Positions 48,941 to 58,967 are shown, counted from the first letter of the stretch. The stretch: DNA of 64,000 bases from Chloroflexota bacterium (GCA_027623675.1 JAQBVF010000005.1:64001-128000), one strand, 5' to 3'. Notes: generated by a model from the letters alone, not told the origin. Translations and numbers: made by a program.

Positions 48941-49213
48941 TTATTCGTTGCCGATGAAATCGATCTGGTCGTTGTTGTTGGCGGCGTCGGCCCAGAACTG
49001 GGATGTCGATATGGCGTTCATCAACTCCAATTGGATGGATTCGCCGGGGACCAACGACATGCCGTCGATGGATGAGACGTCGCTTCCACCCAGATAGCAG
49101 GTGCCGGTGTTGTCGTTGCGGGCCTTGAACACCATGGACCTGGCGTTGCCCTTGCTGGCCGCCTGGACCGCGGTGCCGGCGGCGGTGATTTTGATGGTGC
49201 CTGAGATGGCCAT
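48941..49213 (-). CDS. small beta-rich hypothetical protein
   Basis: 90-aa ORF MAISGTIKITAAGTAVQ..; strong GC3 bias and purine-rich RBS. Confidence 0.7.
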   Translation of the reverse strand: MAISGTIKITAAGTAVQAASKGNARSMVFKARNDNTGTCYLGGSDVSSIDGMSLVPGESIQLELMNAISTSQFWADAANNNDQIDFIGNE

Positions 49214-49941
49214 ACTTCTTGCCCCCTGAAATTTTAGTGTGATCGACGACAAAGGCTGGAGGTCCACCGGGGAATGACCGGCAGATCTACCCCGAACTTC
49301 TCGCTAACTTCTCGCTAACTTCCCGTGAACCCCCGTGAACTTCCCGGTGAATTTCTGTGTGCTACAGATTTTGGCTGCCGGTAATCCAGCCGGTCAACGG
49401 AGGATTTTCACCGGAAAGATGGTTCAGATTCAAAGACAAGACGGCCACCGGGATGGAACAGGCGGCAAAAACCGCGCTACGGGGCTCTCAGCGAGTTTGT
49501 TCTGTAAGAGTGCTGCCTGCAGGCGTGAAAAGTGGGGAGAGCTGACCGAAGGACCAAAGATCGAGGAAACGAAAACACACGTTGGTTCGCACAAGATACG
49601 TTATGTAATATATCCAGGCTCGTAAAAGGGGTGGTTTACATAAACGATTCGGCCTTTCGGTCCGGCTGCTTTTTCGTCCCGTTGTCTTTGGTAGAGTACT
49701 GGTCTTCCGTTCTGCCTATGGCCGGCGGGATGGGCGTACCTGGGGCCGTTTGGTGGTATTCTGAGGTGCGGAAAATCCGGACGGGCCTGCTGAATCGCCA
49801 GGCGTTTCGGACCGGCCATCAACCGAGTTTTTGGGAACCGCGCCAGTGAACGCGAAGCCACTCTCAGGTACGGCAGGCCGACGGTCCATCTACAAAATCT
49901 TTTTACGAAATCTTTCCGAAATCTTCCAAGGAGTTATTCCA

Positions 49942-50775
49942 ATGATCATCGACACACATACCCACGTGGTCAGCAGCGACAAGGTCAAACACCCCCTGGA
50001 CCCAGGGGCCCGGGGATGGTCCACCGAGGTCAGCAACGATGTGGAAGACCTGATCGCTGAGATGGATAGGGCCGGTGTGGCCTGCGCCACTCTGGTCCAG
50101 CCCAACGCCACCTATGCGCTGGATAATACCTACCAATGCGACAGCGCCAAGTTGTTCGCCCCGCGCACGGTGTCCGTGGGGATACTTGATCCGGCGGCGT
50201 CCGTTGCCGCCGACATGCTCTCATACTGGGTGAACGAGCACGGCATGAACGGCGTGCGCCTCCAGAGTCAGGCCGAGTCTGACGACCCGAGCTGCGACGC
50301 CATCTGGCAGCGTGCCGAGGAACTGGGCGTCCCCATCTCCATCGGCGGCGGAGGCACGCCCGAGAAGGTCGACCGGATGCGGAAGGTGGGCGCGCGGCAC
50401 CCCAACGTTATGTTCGCCCCGGACCATTTCGCCGGATGGAGCGGCGCCGGGGACAAGGCCGCCATGACCGCCGCCCTGGAAGCGATGGCCAAGCTGCCCA
50501 ACGCCCACCTGCGTATCTCCAGCACCAGCCTGGGCCCCTACGCCGGCCTACCTGACGCCGAGAAAGACCTTTTCCGGCGGGTGATCGAGGCCTTTACACC
50601 CCAGCGCGTCATGTGGGGCTCCAACTTCCCTTCGTCGCGCGACGGTGGGTACATCGGCCAGGTGGAACTTGGCCAGACAGCCCTGCCCTGGCTCGCCGCC
50701 GATGACCGCGAGTGGATCATGGGCAAGTCCGCCCACAAGCTCTGGCCCATGCTGCAAGCGCCCGCCAAGGCGTAG
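49942..50775 (+). CDS. amidohydrolase_2 family protein
   Basis: IDTHTH, DHFA, MWGSNFP; AAGGAG RBS before ATG 49942. Confidence 0.88.
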   Translation: MIIDTHTHVVSSDKVKHPLDPGARGWSTEVSNDVEDLIAEMDRAGVACATLVQPNATYALDNTYQCDSAKLFAPRTVSVGILDPAASVAADMLSYWVNEHGMNGVRLQSQAESDDPSCDAIWQRAEELGVPISIGGGGTPEKVDRMRKVGARHPNVMFAPDHFAGWSGAGDKAAMTAALEAMAKLPNAHLRISSTSLGPYAGLPDAEKDLFRRVIEAFTPQRVMWGSNFPSSRDGGYIGQVELGQTALPWLAADDREWIMGKSAHKLWPMLQAPAKA

Positions 50776-51070
50776 GCCGCCTGCGGACCGTTGGGCGTGA
50801 ACCAAAAAGCCATCGGCCGGTCCGGGTCGGGACAGCAGGTTATTCGACCCGCCCATCACCTCTTTCGCAGATCTCTTTTTGCCGGTCCAGGGTGGGCATC
50901 TTGTGCCGCGTGAGCTTGGCTAATAACCACAAAGGCAACTGCGATTCCGAAGAGATTCCTGTGCCGGGTGGCACGGGATCGCATGGGATCTGCCTGCGGT
51001 TCCTGGCCCTGCCCCGCGGGCGGCCGTGACTGGGCCACCGTCGAAACGCGGCTTTGCCGCCTATGCCACC

Positions 51071-51099
51071 TTGCGTATGAGCGTGGCTGTGCCTATAAT
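51071..51099 (+). promoter_or_regulatory. sigma70-type promoter of the tRNA cluster
   Basis: TTGCGT-N17-TATAAT, 21 bp before tRNA-Val. Confidence 0.75.
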
Positions 51100-51120
51100 T
51101 TAGGCTGTCCCAACGGCAAG

Positions 51121-51196
51121 GGGCGGTTAGCTCAGTGGTTAGAGCGCCTCGTTCACACCGAGGAGGTCGGAGGTTCGACCCCTCCATCGCCCACCA
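51121..51196 (+). tRNA. tRNA-Val(CAC)
   Basis: GGGCGGT/ATCGCCC acceptor, CCTCG-TT-CAC-AC-CGAGG, GGTTCGA, CCA. Confidence 0.97.
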
Positions 51197-51242
51197 TGCA
51201 GTTGGACAGCACGAGTCTTGGCCGCAGGCCTGGCTCTCTCGT

Positions 51243-51328
51243 GCCGAGGTGGCGGAACGGCAGACGCGCTGCGTTCAGGGCGCAGTGTCCTTACGGATGT
51301 GTGGGTTCAAATCCCTCCCTCGGCACCA
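51243..51328 (+). tRNA. tRNA-Leu(CAG)
   Basis: GCCGAGG/CCTCGGC acceptor, CTGCG-TT-CAG-GG-CGCAG, long variable arm, CCA. Confidence 0.97.
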
Positions 51329-51418
51329 AACAAAGCTAGCAGCCAACAGCCCTCAGCAGGCGGCGCTCCCGCAGGCGCCCCCGCCAAAGCTGACCGCCGA
51401 TGGCTGGCAGCGTCCCCA

Positions 51419-51494
51419 GCGCTTGTAGCTCAGCGGATAGAGCACTGGCTTGCGGAGCCAGGGGTCGTGGGTTCAAATCCCGCCAAGCGCACCA
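51419..51494 (+). tRNA. tRNA-Arg(GCG)
   Basis: GCGCTTG/CAAGCGC acceptor, CTGGC-TT-GCG-GA-GCCAG, GTTCAAAT, CCA. Confidence 0.96.
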
Positions 51495-51804
51495 TTTCCC
51501 CTTTTCTCCTCCCCAGATTCACCGTGCATGGCGGCGCCATGCCCGACACCTGGACTATGATATCGATCCTCTGGCTGGCCGTGCTCGTGTTTTCCTAGTG
51601 CGCGTAACTATCACCAACCGAGACATCTGGTCCGTGGTGGGCGTGGCCTGCCTGGGCATCTGGTTGTACGCGGCTCTGTGGGCGGCCCAATGGCGATGGT
51701 GGCCGTAGTCCAAGATGCCGGGCGACCCGCCCCTGGCAGGCAACCGCCGGCGTTACACCTGTGGTAATATCTCGTTAATCCCAACCATCAGAGGAGATTA
51801 CCCA

Positions 51805-52269
51805 ATGGCTACAATGATTGACGGCGAGTCGTATCTGGGGAAAGTATTGGTGCGGCCTTTGAACGAGGCCGGAGACGTCACGCTCTACCTATGGCCCGTT
51901 CGCTGCCTGAAGAGCAAAATGGGCGGCCCCACCTTTGGCGTGGACGTTAAGGGCGAAGAGGTCATCCGCTACGACCCCCACGGCCCCCGCGGCCACTGGC
52001 ATAAGGGCGGTTATGACAAGCTGGGCGCCGGCGGTTCCCACGTCGAGTTCCCCGACGACGTTCGAGACATCGAAGGGCAGATCGCCTGGGGCCTGGCCCA
52101 GATCAAGGAGAACGGTTCGGACCTACTGGCCGAAGCCGGGTTCCCCGATGCCGCCAAGTCCCTGGACCAGAGCTTGATTGGGGCCGCTCAGGAGGCGATC
52201 AAAGAGCGCCTGGCCGAAGACCCCGGCCTGATCTCGAAGGCCGTTGATCAAGGCCTGATCAACGCCTAG
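51805..52269 (+). CDS. hypothetical protein (RYDPHGPRGHWH motif)
   Basis: GAGGAG RBS, strong codon bias, 154 aa. Confidence 0.8.
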   Translation: MATMIDGESYLGKVLVRPLNEAGDVTLYLWPVRCLKSKMGGPTFGVDVKGEEVIRYDPHGPRGHWHKGGYDKLGAGGSHVEFPDDVRDIEGQIAWGLAQIKENGSDLLAEAGFPDAAKSLDQSLIGAAQEAIKERLAEDPGLISKAVDQGLINA

Positions 52270-52329
52270 CACCCCTGCCTCCGGCCCACCCCGACTGGCC
52301 TGGCACGCCAGGTTATGTCGACCAACTTT

Positions 52330-52371
52330 GGCCGGCGTCCCGATCTGATTGGGACGCCGGCCTTATGATTT
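52330..52371 (+). terminator. intrinsic terminator
   Basis: GGCCGGCGTCCCGAT-CTG-ATTGGGACGCCGGCC followed by TTATGATTT. Confidence 0.65.
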
Positions 52372-52387
52372 ACCGGCGATCTGATCT

Positions 52388-52738
52388 ATGGGAGAAACTA
52401 TGGTGACGGACGAATGGCAGTCACGCATCGAGACGTTGGAAACCAAGGTCACCGACCTGGAATCCCAACTGGCCCTCAGGACCAAAGAGATGGCCTACCT
52501 GTACATCCACTCCAACTGGACCCTGATTCGCTGGCACTTGGCCAGGGAGCAGGACCGGAGCGGCGAAGGCTCAGAGACCTACGCCCGCGCCAAGAACGCC
52601 GAGACCCTCATCGACCGCCAGCTAACCCGCAACCTGCGCGATGTTCACTTCGAGCCCCAAGCCATGGACGTAGCCTACCGCTGGCGCATAGAAGCCACCG
52701 TCATCCTCAAGGACAACGGGTATACGTTCTTTGATTGA
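52388..52738 (+). CDS. hypothetical protein with N-terminal coiled coil
   Basis: 116-aa ORF with host-like codon usage; start may be 52400. Confidence 0.7.
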   Translation: MGETMVTDEWQSRIETLETKVTDLESQLALRTKEMAYLYIHSNWTLIRWHLAREQDRSGEGSETYARAKNAETLIDRQLTRNLRDVHFEPQAMDVAYRWRIEATVILKDNGYTFFD

Positions 52739-52864
52739 TGGGGTGCGTATGTATCGGTATTGGATAGATCGATAAACGAATTATCCAATCGGATCAGTTT
52801 CATGTACCTTGTTAAAGTCAATTTGCTCGCATTCGAGTCTGATCGGAATAACCTGAGGTGAATC

Positions 52865-53224
52865 ATGGCTGATCCAATCTTCGACAAACAAGACCAGTAT
52901 GACCAGATACTGCCATGGATATCCGAGGGGGAAGTCCTATATTGCGTGTACGATTGCAAAGGCGCAGGGACCGGGTTCATCGCCATCACCGACAAGCGCC
53001 TGATGTTCTATGACAAGGCTTTCCTTCGCAAGAGGAAAGCCCTGACCAGCGTCCCGTTTAGTAAGGTCACGTCTGTTTCCGCCATAGACGAGGGCAGAGG
53101 TTTGTTTGGATCGACAAGCGAGTTGGTTGTGAAATCGGGAACCGATGAGCATGAATTTGAATTCCGGGGCGGTGAAAAAGCTCAGTCGGCTTATCGATTC
53201 ATCATGAAACACTTGTTGAGCTGA
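52865..53224 (+). CDS. bacterial PH-domain protein (bPH_1-like)
   Basis: EGE..ITDKRLMFYD..SVPFSKVTSVS..SELVV pattern; GAGG RBS; lower GC than flanks. Confidence 0.8.
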   Translation: MADPIFDKQDQYDQILPWISEGEVLYCVYDCKGAGTGFIAITDKRLMFYDKAFLRKRKALTSVPFSKVTSVSAIDEGRGLFGSTSELVVKSGTDEHEFEFRGGEKAQSAYRFIMKHLLS

Positions 53225-53424
53225 TGTTCGGTCGAGTGGGCGAGTGGGCGAGTCGGCGGGTTGGTTCGGTAGTTAGATGAGTAATTCACCCACCTTTAAC
53301 CCCCACCTGTGCTATATTAGCCGGGACTTCTTATCATCCCCTCGACTTCAAGGCAGGCACCGATTGACCTACGTTATGACAACTCCTACCCCGGCTGGCA
53401 TCTCCACCGTCCGCGGGCGCGCCC

Positions 53425-54756
53425 GTGGCTGAACAGGGCCGGATCGGCCGGACGGTAAACTCCGCGCTCCACGCCCACTACGCCTGGTACATCGTGGCCA
53501 TGGGCACCACCCTGCAGCTCACCACCAACTTCGTCAGTCAGGCCTTCTCCATCCTGATGGTGGTTATGCGCGACAACTTTGGTTGGTCGCTCACGGCCAT
53601 CGTCCTCGCCTACTCCCTGCGCAGCATCGTCGGCGCGCTGCTCTCGCCCTGGGCCGGCGTCATGGGAGACCGCTACGGGGCCAAGAGAGTCATGCTGGTG
53701 GGCGCCGGCTTCTTCATGGGCGGGCTGCTGCTGCTCAGCACCATCAACCACCTCTGGCAGCTATTCCTCTACTACAGCATCATCTTGGGGGTCGCCCAGG
53801 CCTTGTTCCGGGTGAACATACCCACCACCGTCGCCGCCTGGTTCAAGCAGAAGTTGGGCGTCGCCGTGGGCATCCAGCAGTCGGCGGGCGGCATGGGCGC
53901 ATCGGTGCTGGCGCCGGGCCTGGCCGTGCTGTTGACCCAGACCGACTGGCAAACGGCATTCCTGGCGATCGGACTCGGCGGAGGGGTTATCGTCTTCGCG
54001 CTGCTGGCCTTCTTCCACAGCGAGCCGGGCGACCGGGGCAAACTTCCTTACGGAACGGCCGAAAAGGACAGGTCATCGGCCAACCCGTTCACCGGCGCCG
54101 TCGCCAAGGTGCGAAGTAAGGTCTTCATGCAGCATGCCAAGGGGACCAGGGCCTTCTGGTTCCTGCCCCTGATCCACCACCTGGGCTGCGTCGGCCATGC
54201 CATCGTCATCGTCCACGGCGTGTACTACGCCACCACCAAGGGCGTCTCGCTTGAGGCCGCCACCTTCATCATCAGCATCTACTCGTTCACCAGCATCGCC
54301 AGCCGGTTCATGGCGCCCGTTTTGGCCGACCGGTTCGGCGGCCAGCGCGTCATGGCCATCTTCTACGTCCTGCAGGGATTGTCGGTGCTGATGCTGTTCT
54401 GGACACAGGAACCGTGGCAGTTCTTTCTATTCGCCGCGATATTCGGGATCGGCTTCGGCGGCGAGATGTCGGCGTTCTTGGTGGTTAACCGGCAGTACTT
54501 CGGCATGGGCCCGGTGCGGGCTGTCTTCGGGATACAGAGCATGGGCGCCGGACTGGGTATGGCGCTTGGCGGCCTGCTGGGCAGCGTGGTCTACGACACG
54601 TTCGGTTCCTACGATATCGCTTGGATCGTGTCCATCGCGGCCAGCATGGGCGGGATGGTTGCCATCCTGTCGATGGAGTCCACCAGCAGGGAACTGATCC
54701 CCGATTGGGAGCAGTCGCTGCCCCAAGACGCACAGACGCCGGCCCCAGCGGACTAA
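53425..54756 (+). CDS. MFS transporter (OFA/MCT-like)
   Basis: HYAW, GVMGDRYGAK, LADRFGG, YDTFGSY; about 12 TM. Confidence 0.92.
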   Translation: MAEQGRIGRTVNSALHAHYAWYIVAMGTTLQLTTNFVSQAFSILMVVMRDNFGWSLTAIVLAYSLRSIVGALLSPWAGVMGDRYGAKRVMLVGAGFFMGGLLLLSTINHLWQLFLYYSIILGVAQALFRVNIPTTVAAWFKQKLGVAVGIQQSAGGMGASVLAPGLAVLLTQTDWQTAFLAIGLGGGVIVFALLAFFHSEPGDRGKLPYGTAEKDRSSANPFTGAVAKVRSKVFMQHAKGTRAFWFLPLIHHLGCVGHAIVIVHGVYYATTKGVSLEAATFIISIYSFTSIASRFMAPVLADRFGGQRVMAIFYVLQGLSVLMLFWTQEPWQFFLFAAIFGIGFGGEMSAFLVVNRQYFGMGPVRAVFGIQSMGAGLGMALGGLLGSVVYDTFGSYDIAWIVSIAASMGGMVAILSMESTSRELIPDWEQSLPQDAQTPAPAD

Positions 54757-54776
54757 GCGCAAGCAGTCGCAATTAT

Positions 54777-54810
54777 AAAAAGCCCGGATTGTATCAGTCC
54801 GGGCTTTTTT
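54777..54810. terminator. bidirectional intrinsic terminator
   Basis: AAAAAGCCCGGATTG-TAT-CAGTCCGGGCTTTTT between convergent MFS genes. Confidence 0.85.
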
Positions 54811-54900
54811 CTTTCGTGGTTTGCCGATCTAACCGGCTCCACGCAACAGGTTCTTTCTGGCCAATCCCCCTGCCATCCGGATCGGGCGTGGCGCGTCGGG

Positions 54901-56415
54901 CTAGTCACGGAACAAGAACGCCGGTACTTTGATCCAGCGCCGGCCGATCAACCCGTTCTGGATCGCGGCGACCAATGCCCCGATCGAGATCGTGAAGATG
55001 ACGGCGGTTGCGGCGTACTGGAAGCCGGTGCGGTAGAACGGCTGCGCCTCCCCGGCGGTCATGAAGTTGATGGACGCCGGCAGCGCCAACCCCAGCATGG
55101 CGGCCGCGATGGTCGCGCCAATGGTGTGGCCCATCTGGCGGCTGGTTTCCATCACCCCCGAGGCGAAGCTCCGGTCCTCGGGCAGGCTGTTCATGATGGT
55201 GGCATTGCTGGGCGCGTTGAAGGTGTGCGTTCCGATGAACGCGGGTATCAGCAGTATGGGCAGCACCCAGATCGGCACCTGCCCCGAGAACAGGGCCAGC
55301 AGCACGAATCCCGAAGCGATGGACAGCAACCCGGCCGGCCGGAGCCACGGCGGGTTGGATTTGTCGAAATAGTACCCGGCGATCAGCGGCAGGAAGATGC
55401 CCAGACCCTGGCCGGGGATCAGCACCCAGGACGCCACGATGGGGTCGTACCCAAGCCCGTTCTCCACCAAGATGGGCACCAAAGTGACTACCGCCATCAT
55501 GGACATGTGGAAGGTATGGTCGCTGAAGAGCGCCATCGAGAATCCGCGGTTCTTAAAGTTAGAAAAGTTCAGGAATGGCGTTACGGACCGGCGCTGCACG
55601 AAGATGAACACGGCCGCCAGACCCAGGAACAGGCCGTGCACCGGCAGGTGGTACTCTAGGGCCTCGGCGCTGACGAAACTCTCCTCGCCTCCATGGACGT
55701 GCATTCCGGAGAGGACGAACACCCCCAACGCCGCCATCATCAGCAGTGCGCTGGGCGCGCCGACCACGATCTTCTTGGCGGCTTCCGTTGGCTTGAGGAG
55801 TTCGAAGGTTAACAGCGGCCTGGCCATGACCAGGGCGAACAGGCCCACCGGCAGGGATGTTAGGAACACCAGCCGCCAACTGAAGAACTGCAGGAACACC
55901 CCGAACAGCGCCATGCCAAGCAGCGTCCCGACCCTGGCGGCGATGATGGGGATGGAAAAGGCCCGGCCCCGTTCTTTGTCGTTGAAAACCAGGGCCAAGA
56001 TGGGATTGGAGTTGGAGGTAATCATCGACGCCCCAACGCCGACGAACCCGCTCCAGACCACCGCCTGGTAGATGTTTCCGGACGTTGCGGCCATGCCGGA
56101 AGCAACCGCCATGACGGCGGCTCCCAGGAAGTATAATCGCACGTGGCCCAGCTTCTCGCCCAAGCGGGCGAAGAAGAAGACGGTGCTGCCCAACACCAAC
56201 AACCTGGCGATTACCGTCCAGGCCGCCTGGGACACATCAATGTCAAAGTCCTTGGCCATGGACGGCACGGAAAGGGCCAGCGGGATGGTCGAAAGCTGCA
56301 CCAAAAGCTGGCTGGCGGCCAGGGACAGGAGGACCCGCTTACGGTTGTCGTCGGAACTAAGCTCCCGGAAAGAAGCGATCAAGTTCAGACTGCGAAATGC
56401 GTTTCTATCGATCAA
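54901..56415 (-). CDS. MFS transporter (DHA2/EmrB-like, about 14 TM)
   Basis: ARLGEKLGH, ERGRAF, SWRLVFL..PVG, ASGVMETSRQMG. Confidence 0.88.
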   Translation of the reverse strand: MIDRNAFRSLNLIASFRELSSDDNRKRVLLSLAASQLLVQLSTIPLALSVPSMAKDFDIDVSQAAWTVIARLLVLGSTVFFFARLGEKLGHVRLYFLGAAVMAVASGMAATSGNIYQAVVWSGFVGVGASMITSNSNPILALVFNDKERGRAFSIPIIAARVGTLLGMALFGVFLQFFSWRLVFLTSLPVGLFALVMARPLLTFELLKPTEAAKKIVVGAPSALLMMAALGVFVLSGMHVHGGEESFVSAEALEYHLPVHGLFLGLAAVFIFVQRRSVTPFLNFSNFKNRGFSMALFSDHTFHMSMMAVVTLVPILVENGLGYDPIVASWVLIPGQGLGIFLPLIAGYYFDKSNPPWLRPAGLLSIASGFVLLALFSGQVPIWVLPILLIPAFIGTHTFNAPSNATIMNSLPEDRSFASGVMETSRQMGHTIGATIAAAMLGLALPASINFMTAGEAQPFYRTGFQYAATAVIFTISIGALVAAIQNGLIGRRWIKVPAFLFRD

Positions 56416-56699
56416 GAACCAGAATTACTCTGTGCTACAAATAAGGGCGCGCCGCGGACGAACCTAGCGGGAATCGGCCAGAATCGCTGGAACGCGGTAT
56501 TTCATAATAGAATCAATGCTACATTATTTCAATGTGTGGGTATGGAATAATCATAATTCCAGGCATCGATTATCAAGATGTTACCTTGCGCGGTAGGTGA
56601 TCTAGGTGAAGGGGCAATTCCCCCGATTCCCTATCGCATCGGGAGCGAGGTGGATCTCCGCCCGCCAGCCATCCAAACAAGAAGATATAGGAACGACGC

Positions 56700-57677
56700 A
56701 TGCTCATAGACATCCATAGCCACCTGGTGATGCCGGAGTACCTGGAGCACTTGGTGGGCCGAAGCAACCTGCCCAAGGCCGTCCAACGGGGCGGCGCCTA
56801 CTTCATAAGCTGCAACGGCGGCTATACCCAGACCTCAGCCGCGGTCCATGCCGACGTGGAGCAGAAGCTGCGCGACATGGAGGAGATCGGGGTCGACATG
56901 GCGGTGATCAACCACGGCATCCCCGGCCCCGAGATGCTTGGCGGCGCCGAGGCCGACTACTGGGCCGCCCGCATGAACGACTTCCAAGCCGGCATCATCA
57001 ATCAATATCCGGGCAAGTTTTTAGGCTGGGCCAATATCGGGTTCGGCAGTCCTGAGCGGTCCATCGCCGAGATCGACCGCTGCATCAACGAGCTTGGCTA
57101 CAAGGGCGTCCAGCTATTCTCCAATATCAACCAGAAGGTGGTGGATTCGCCCGAGTTCATGCCCGTCTACCGGCACATCGGCAAGCTGGGCGTGCCGGTC
57201 AACCTGCACCCCACGGCTCCCATGAACCTGAACGGCATGGACCTGCAGCCCCTGGTGCGTGGCATGTCTTTGATGTTCGACTCGAGCCTGGCCACCATGC
57301 GGCTGGTGATGAGCGGCATCTTCGAGGAGGAGCCCGGCTTCACCCTCATAGTGCCTCACACCGGTGGCTGGGTGCCCTACCTGCGCGGACGCGTCGAGCG
57401 CATGATCGACATCTACACCCCGCCCGAAGGCCAACCCAAACTGTCCCAGCCGTCGGCCCTATCGGTGGACCGCATCTACGTGGATACAGTGGCCCACAGC
57501 CCCGAGACCATGGAGTACTGCTACAAGATGTTCGGTCCCGAGCGGATCATGTTCGGCACCGACCATCCCTTCATGCACTGGGAGATCTACCGGGAGATGA
57601 TGGACGGCCTGGAGTGCACCGACGCCGAGCGGGAGTTGATCTACCACGGCAACGCGGAAAGACTGCTCGGCCTCTAG
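56700..57677 (+). CDS. amidohydrolase_2 family (ACMSD/decarboxylase-like), paralogue 1
   Basis: IDIHSH, LHP, PHTGG, MFGTDHPF, HGNAERLLGL. Confidence 0.9.
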   Translation: MLIDIHSHLVMPEYLEHLVGRSNLPKAVQRGGAYFISCNGGYTQTSAAVHADVEQKLRDMEEIGVDMAVINHGIPGPEMLGGAEADYWAARMNDFQAGIINQYPGKFLGWANIGFGSPERSIAEIDRCINELGYKGVQLFSNINQKVVDSPEFMPVYRHIGKLGVPVNLHPTAPMNLNGMDLQPLVRGMSLMFDSSLATMRLVMSGIFEEEPGFTLIVPHTGGWVPYLRGRVERMIDIYTPPEGQPKLSQPSALSVDRIYVDTVAHSPETMEYCYKMFGPERIMFGTDHPFMHWEIYREMMDGLECTDAERELIYHGNAERLLGL

Positions 57678-57989
57678 GGCAGGCTTACTCCGCACCCGGA
57701 TATCTCCGGCGGTCAGACCGATCGTACAGGGACCGAGGGGGATTTCCGCCGTGCGGCAACCTAGTTCATCTACTGGAACCGTGTTCACCGCCCGCGTCCA
57801 TCGTGTACCATGCGTACGGAGAAACTCAGGCTGGATGAGAAGCTGCGGGAATTCACCGGATCCCATACGAAACGGGCGCTCATTCCAACCGAGATTATTC
57901 GGCAACTGAAGAAGCAACCTACTAACCAACCGCCCCGGTCCACGGGGCCAACTAACTTCCTCCTATGATGGGGAGGACAGAGGTGAATC

Positions 57990-58967
57990 ATGCGTATCGA
58001 CGTTCACAGCCACCTGGTCTACCTGCCTTACCTGGAATACCTGGCGGGACGCAACGCCCTGCCCCAGGGCGTGCTGCGCGGCGGCACCTACTTCGTTAGC
58101 TGCACCGGCGGCTACCAGCATGCCTCGCCGTTGGTCCATGCCGACGTCGACCAGAAGCTCCGCGACATGGAGGACCTGGACATCGGAATGTCGGTCCTCA
58201 GCCACGGCATGCCTGGCCCAGAGCTCCTGGGCGGACCCGAGGCCGACGACTGGGCGTCGCGCATCAACGACCACCTGGCCGAGGTCATGGCGGCCCATCC
58301 CGGCAAGTTCCAGGTCTGGGCCACCCTGGGCTGGGGCAGCGCCGAGCGCACCATCGCCGAGATTGACCGCTGCGTGGACCAGTTGGGATTCAAGGGCGTC
58401 TATCTATTCTCAAACATCAACCAGAAGACCCTGGACAGCAAAGAGTTCTGGCCCGTGTACCAGCACATCGAAAGCCTGAATATCCCCATGGACATGCACC
58501 CCACCGCGCCGATCAACATGAACGGCATCGACCAACGGCCCCTGGTGCCCGGCATGGCTTTCATGTTCGACACCACCCTGGCCACCGTGCGCATGGTGAT
58601 GAGCGGGGTCTTCCAGGAGTACCCCAATCTGAAGCTGATCGTGCCCCACACCGGCGGTTTCGTGCCGTTCATCCGGGGCCGGGTTGGCCGGATGATCGAC
58701 GCCTGGACCGCGCCCGACGACTGGGTCGGCCTGTCCGACTCGTCCCAGGTGTCCTTCGACAAGATCTACGTCGACACCGTCGCCCACAGTCCGGAGGCAC
58801 TGGACTACTGCAACCGGGTCTACGGCTCCGACCGCCTGCTCTACGGCACGGACCATCCCTTCGCCCACTTCGAGATATTCAATGAGATGGTCGACAACCT
58901 GGACTGCTCGGACTCAGACCGCGAGTTGATCAACCACGGCAACGCGGAACGGATACTGGGCCTCTAG
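57990..58967 (+). CDS. amidohydrolase_2 family (ACMSD/decarboxylase-like), paralogue 2
   Basis: IDVHSH, MHP, PHTGG, LYGTDHPF; same length (325 aa) and colinear with paralogue 1. Confidence 0.9.
   Translation: MRIDVHSHLVYLPYLEYLAGRNALPQGVLRGGTYFVSCTGGYQHASPLVHADVDQKLRDMEDLDIGMSVLSHGMPGPELLGGPEADDWASRINDHLAEVMAAHPGKFQVWATLGWGSAERTIAEIDRCVDQLGFKGVYLFSNINQKTLDSKEFWPVYQHIESLNIPMDMHPTAPINMNGIDQRPLVPGMAFMFDTTLATVRMVMSGVFQEYPNLKLIVPHTGGFVPFIRGRVGRMIDAWTAPDDWVGLSDSSQVSFDKIYVDTVAHSPEALDYCNRVYGSDRLLYGTDHPFAHFEIFNEMVDNLDCSDSDRELINHGNAERILGL

Noticed and set aside
50840..51708. ORFs overlapping the tRNA cluster
   Set aside because: They are translations of tRNA genes; only the short hydrophobic tails after tRNA-Arg were kept as a weak finding.
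57810..57968. 52-codon ORF (MRTEKLRLDEKLREF..) between the amidohydrolase paralogues
   Set aside because: No clear RBS or recognisable motif; could be a gene remnant but cannot be supported.
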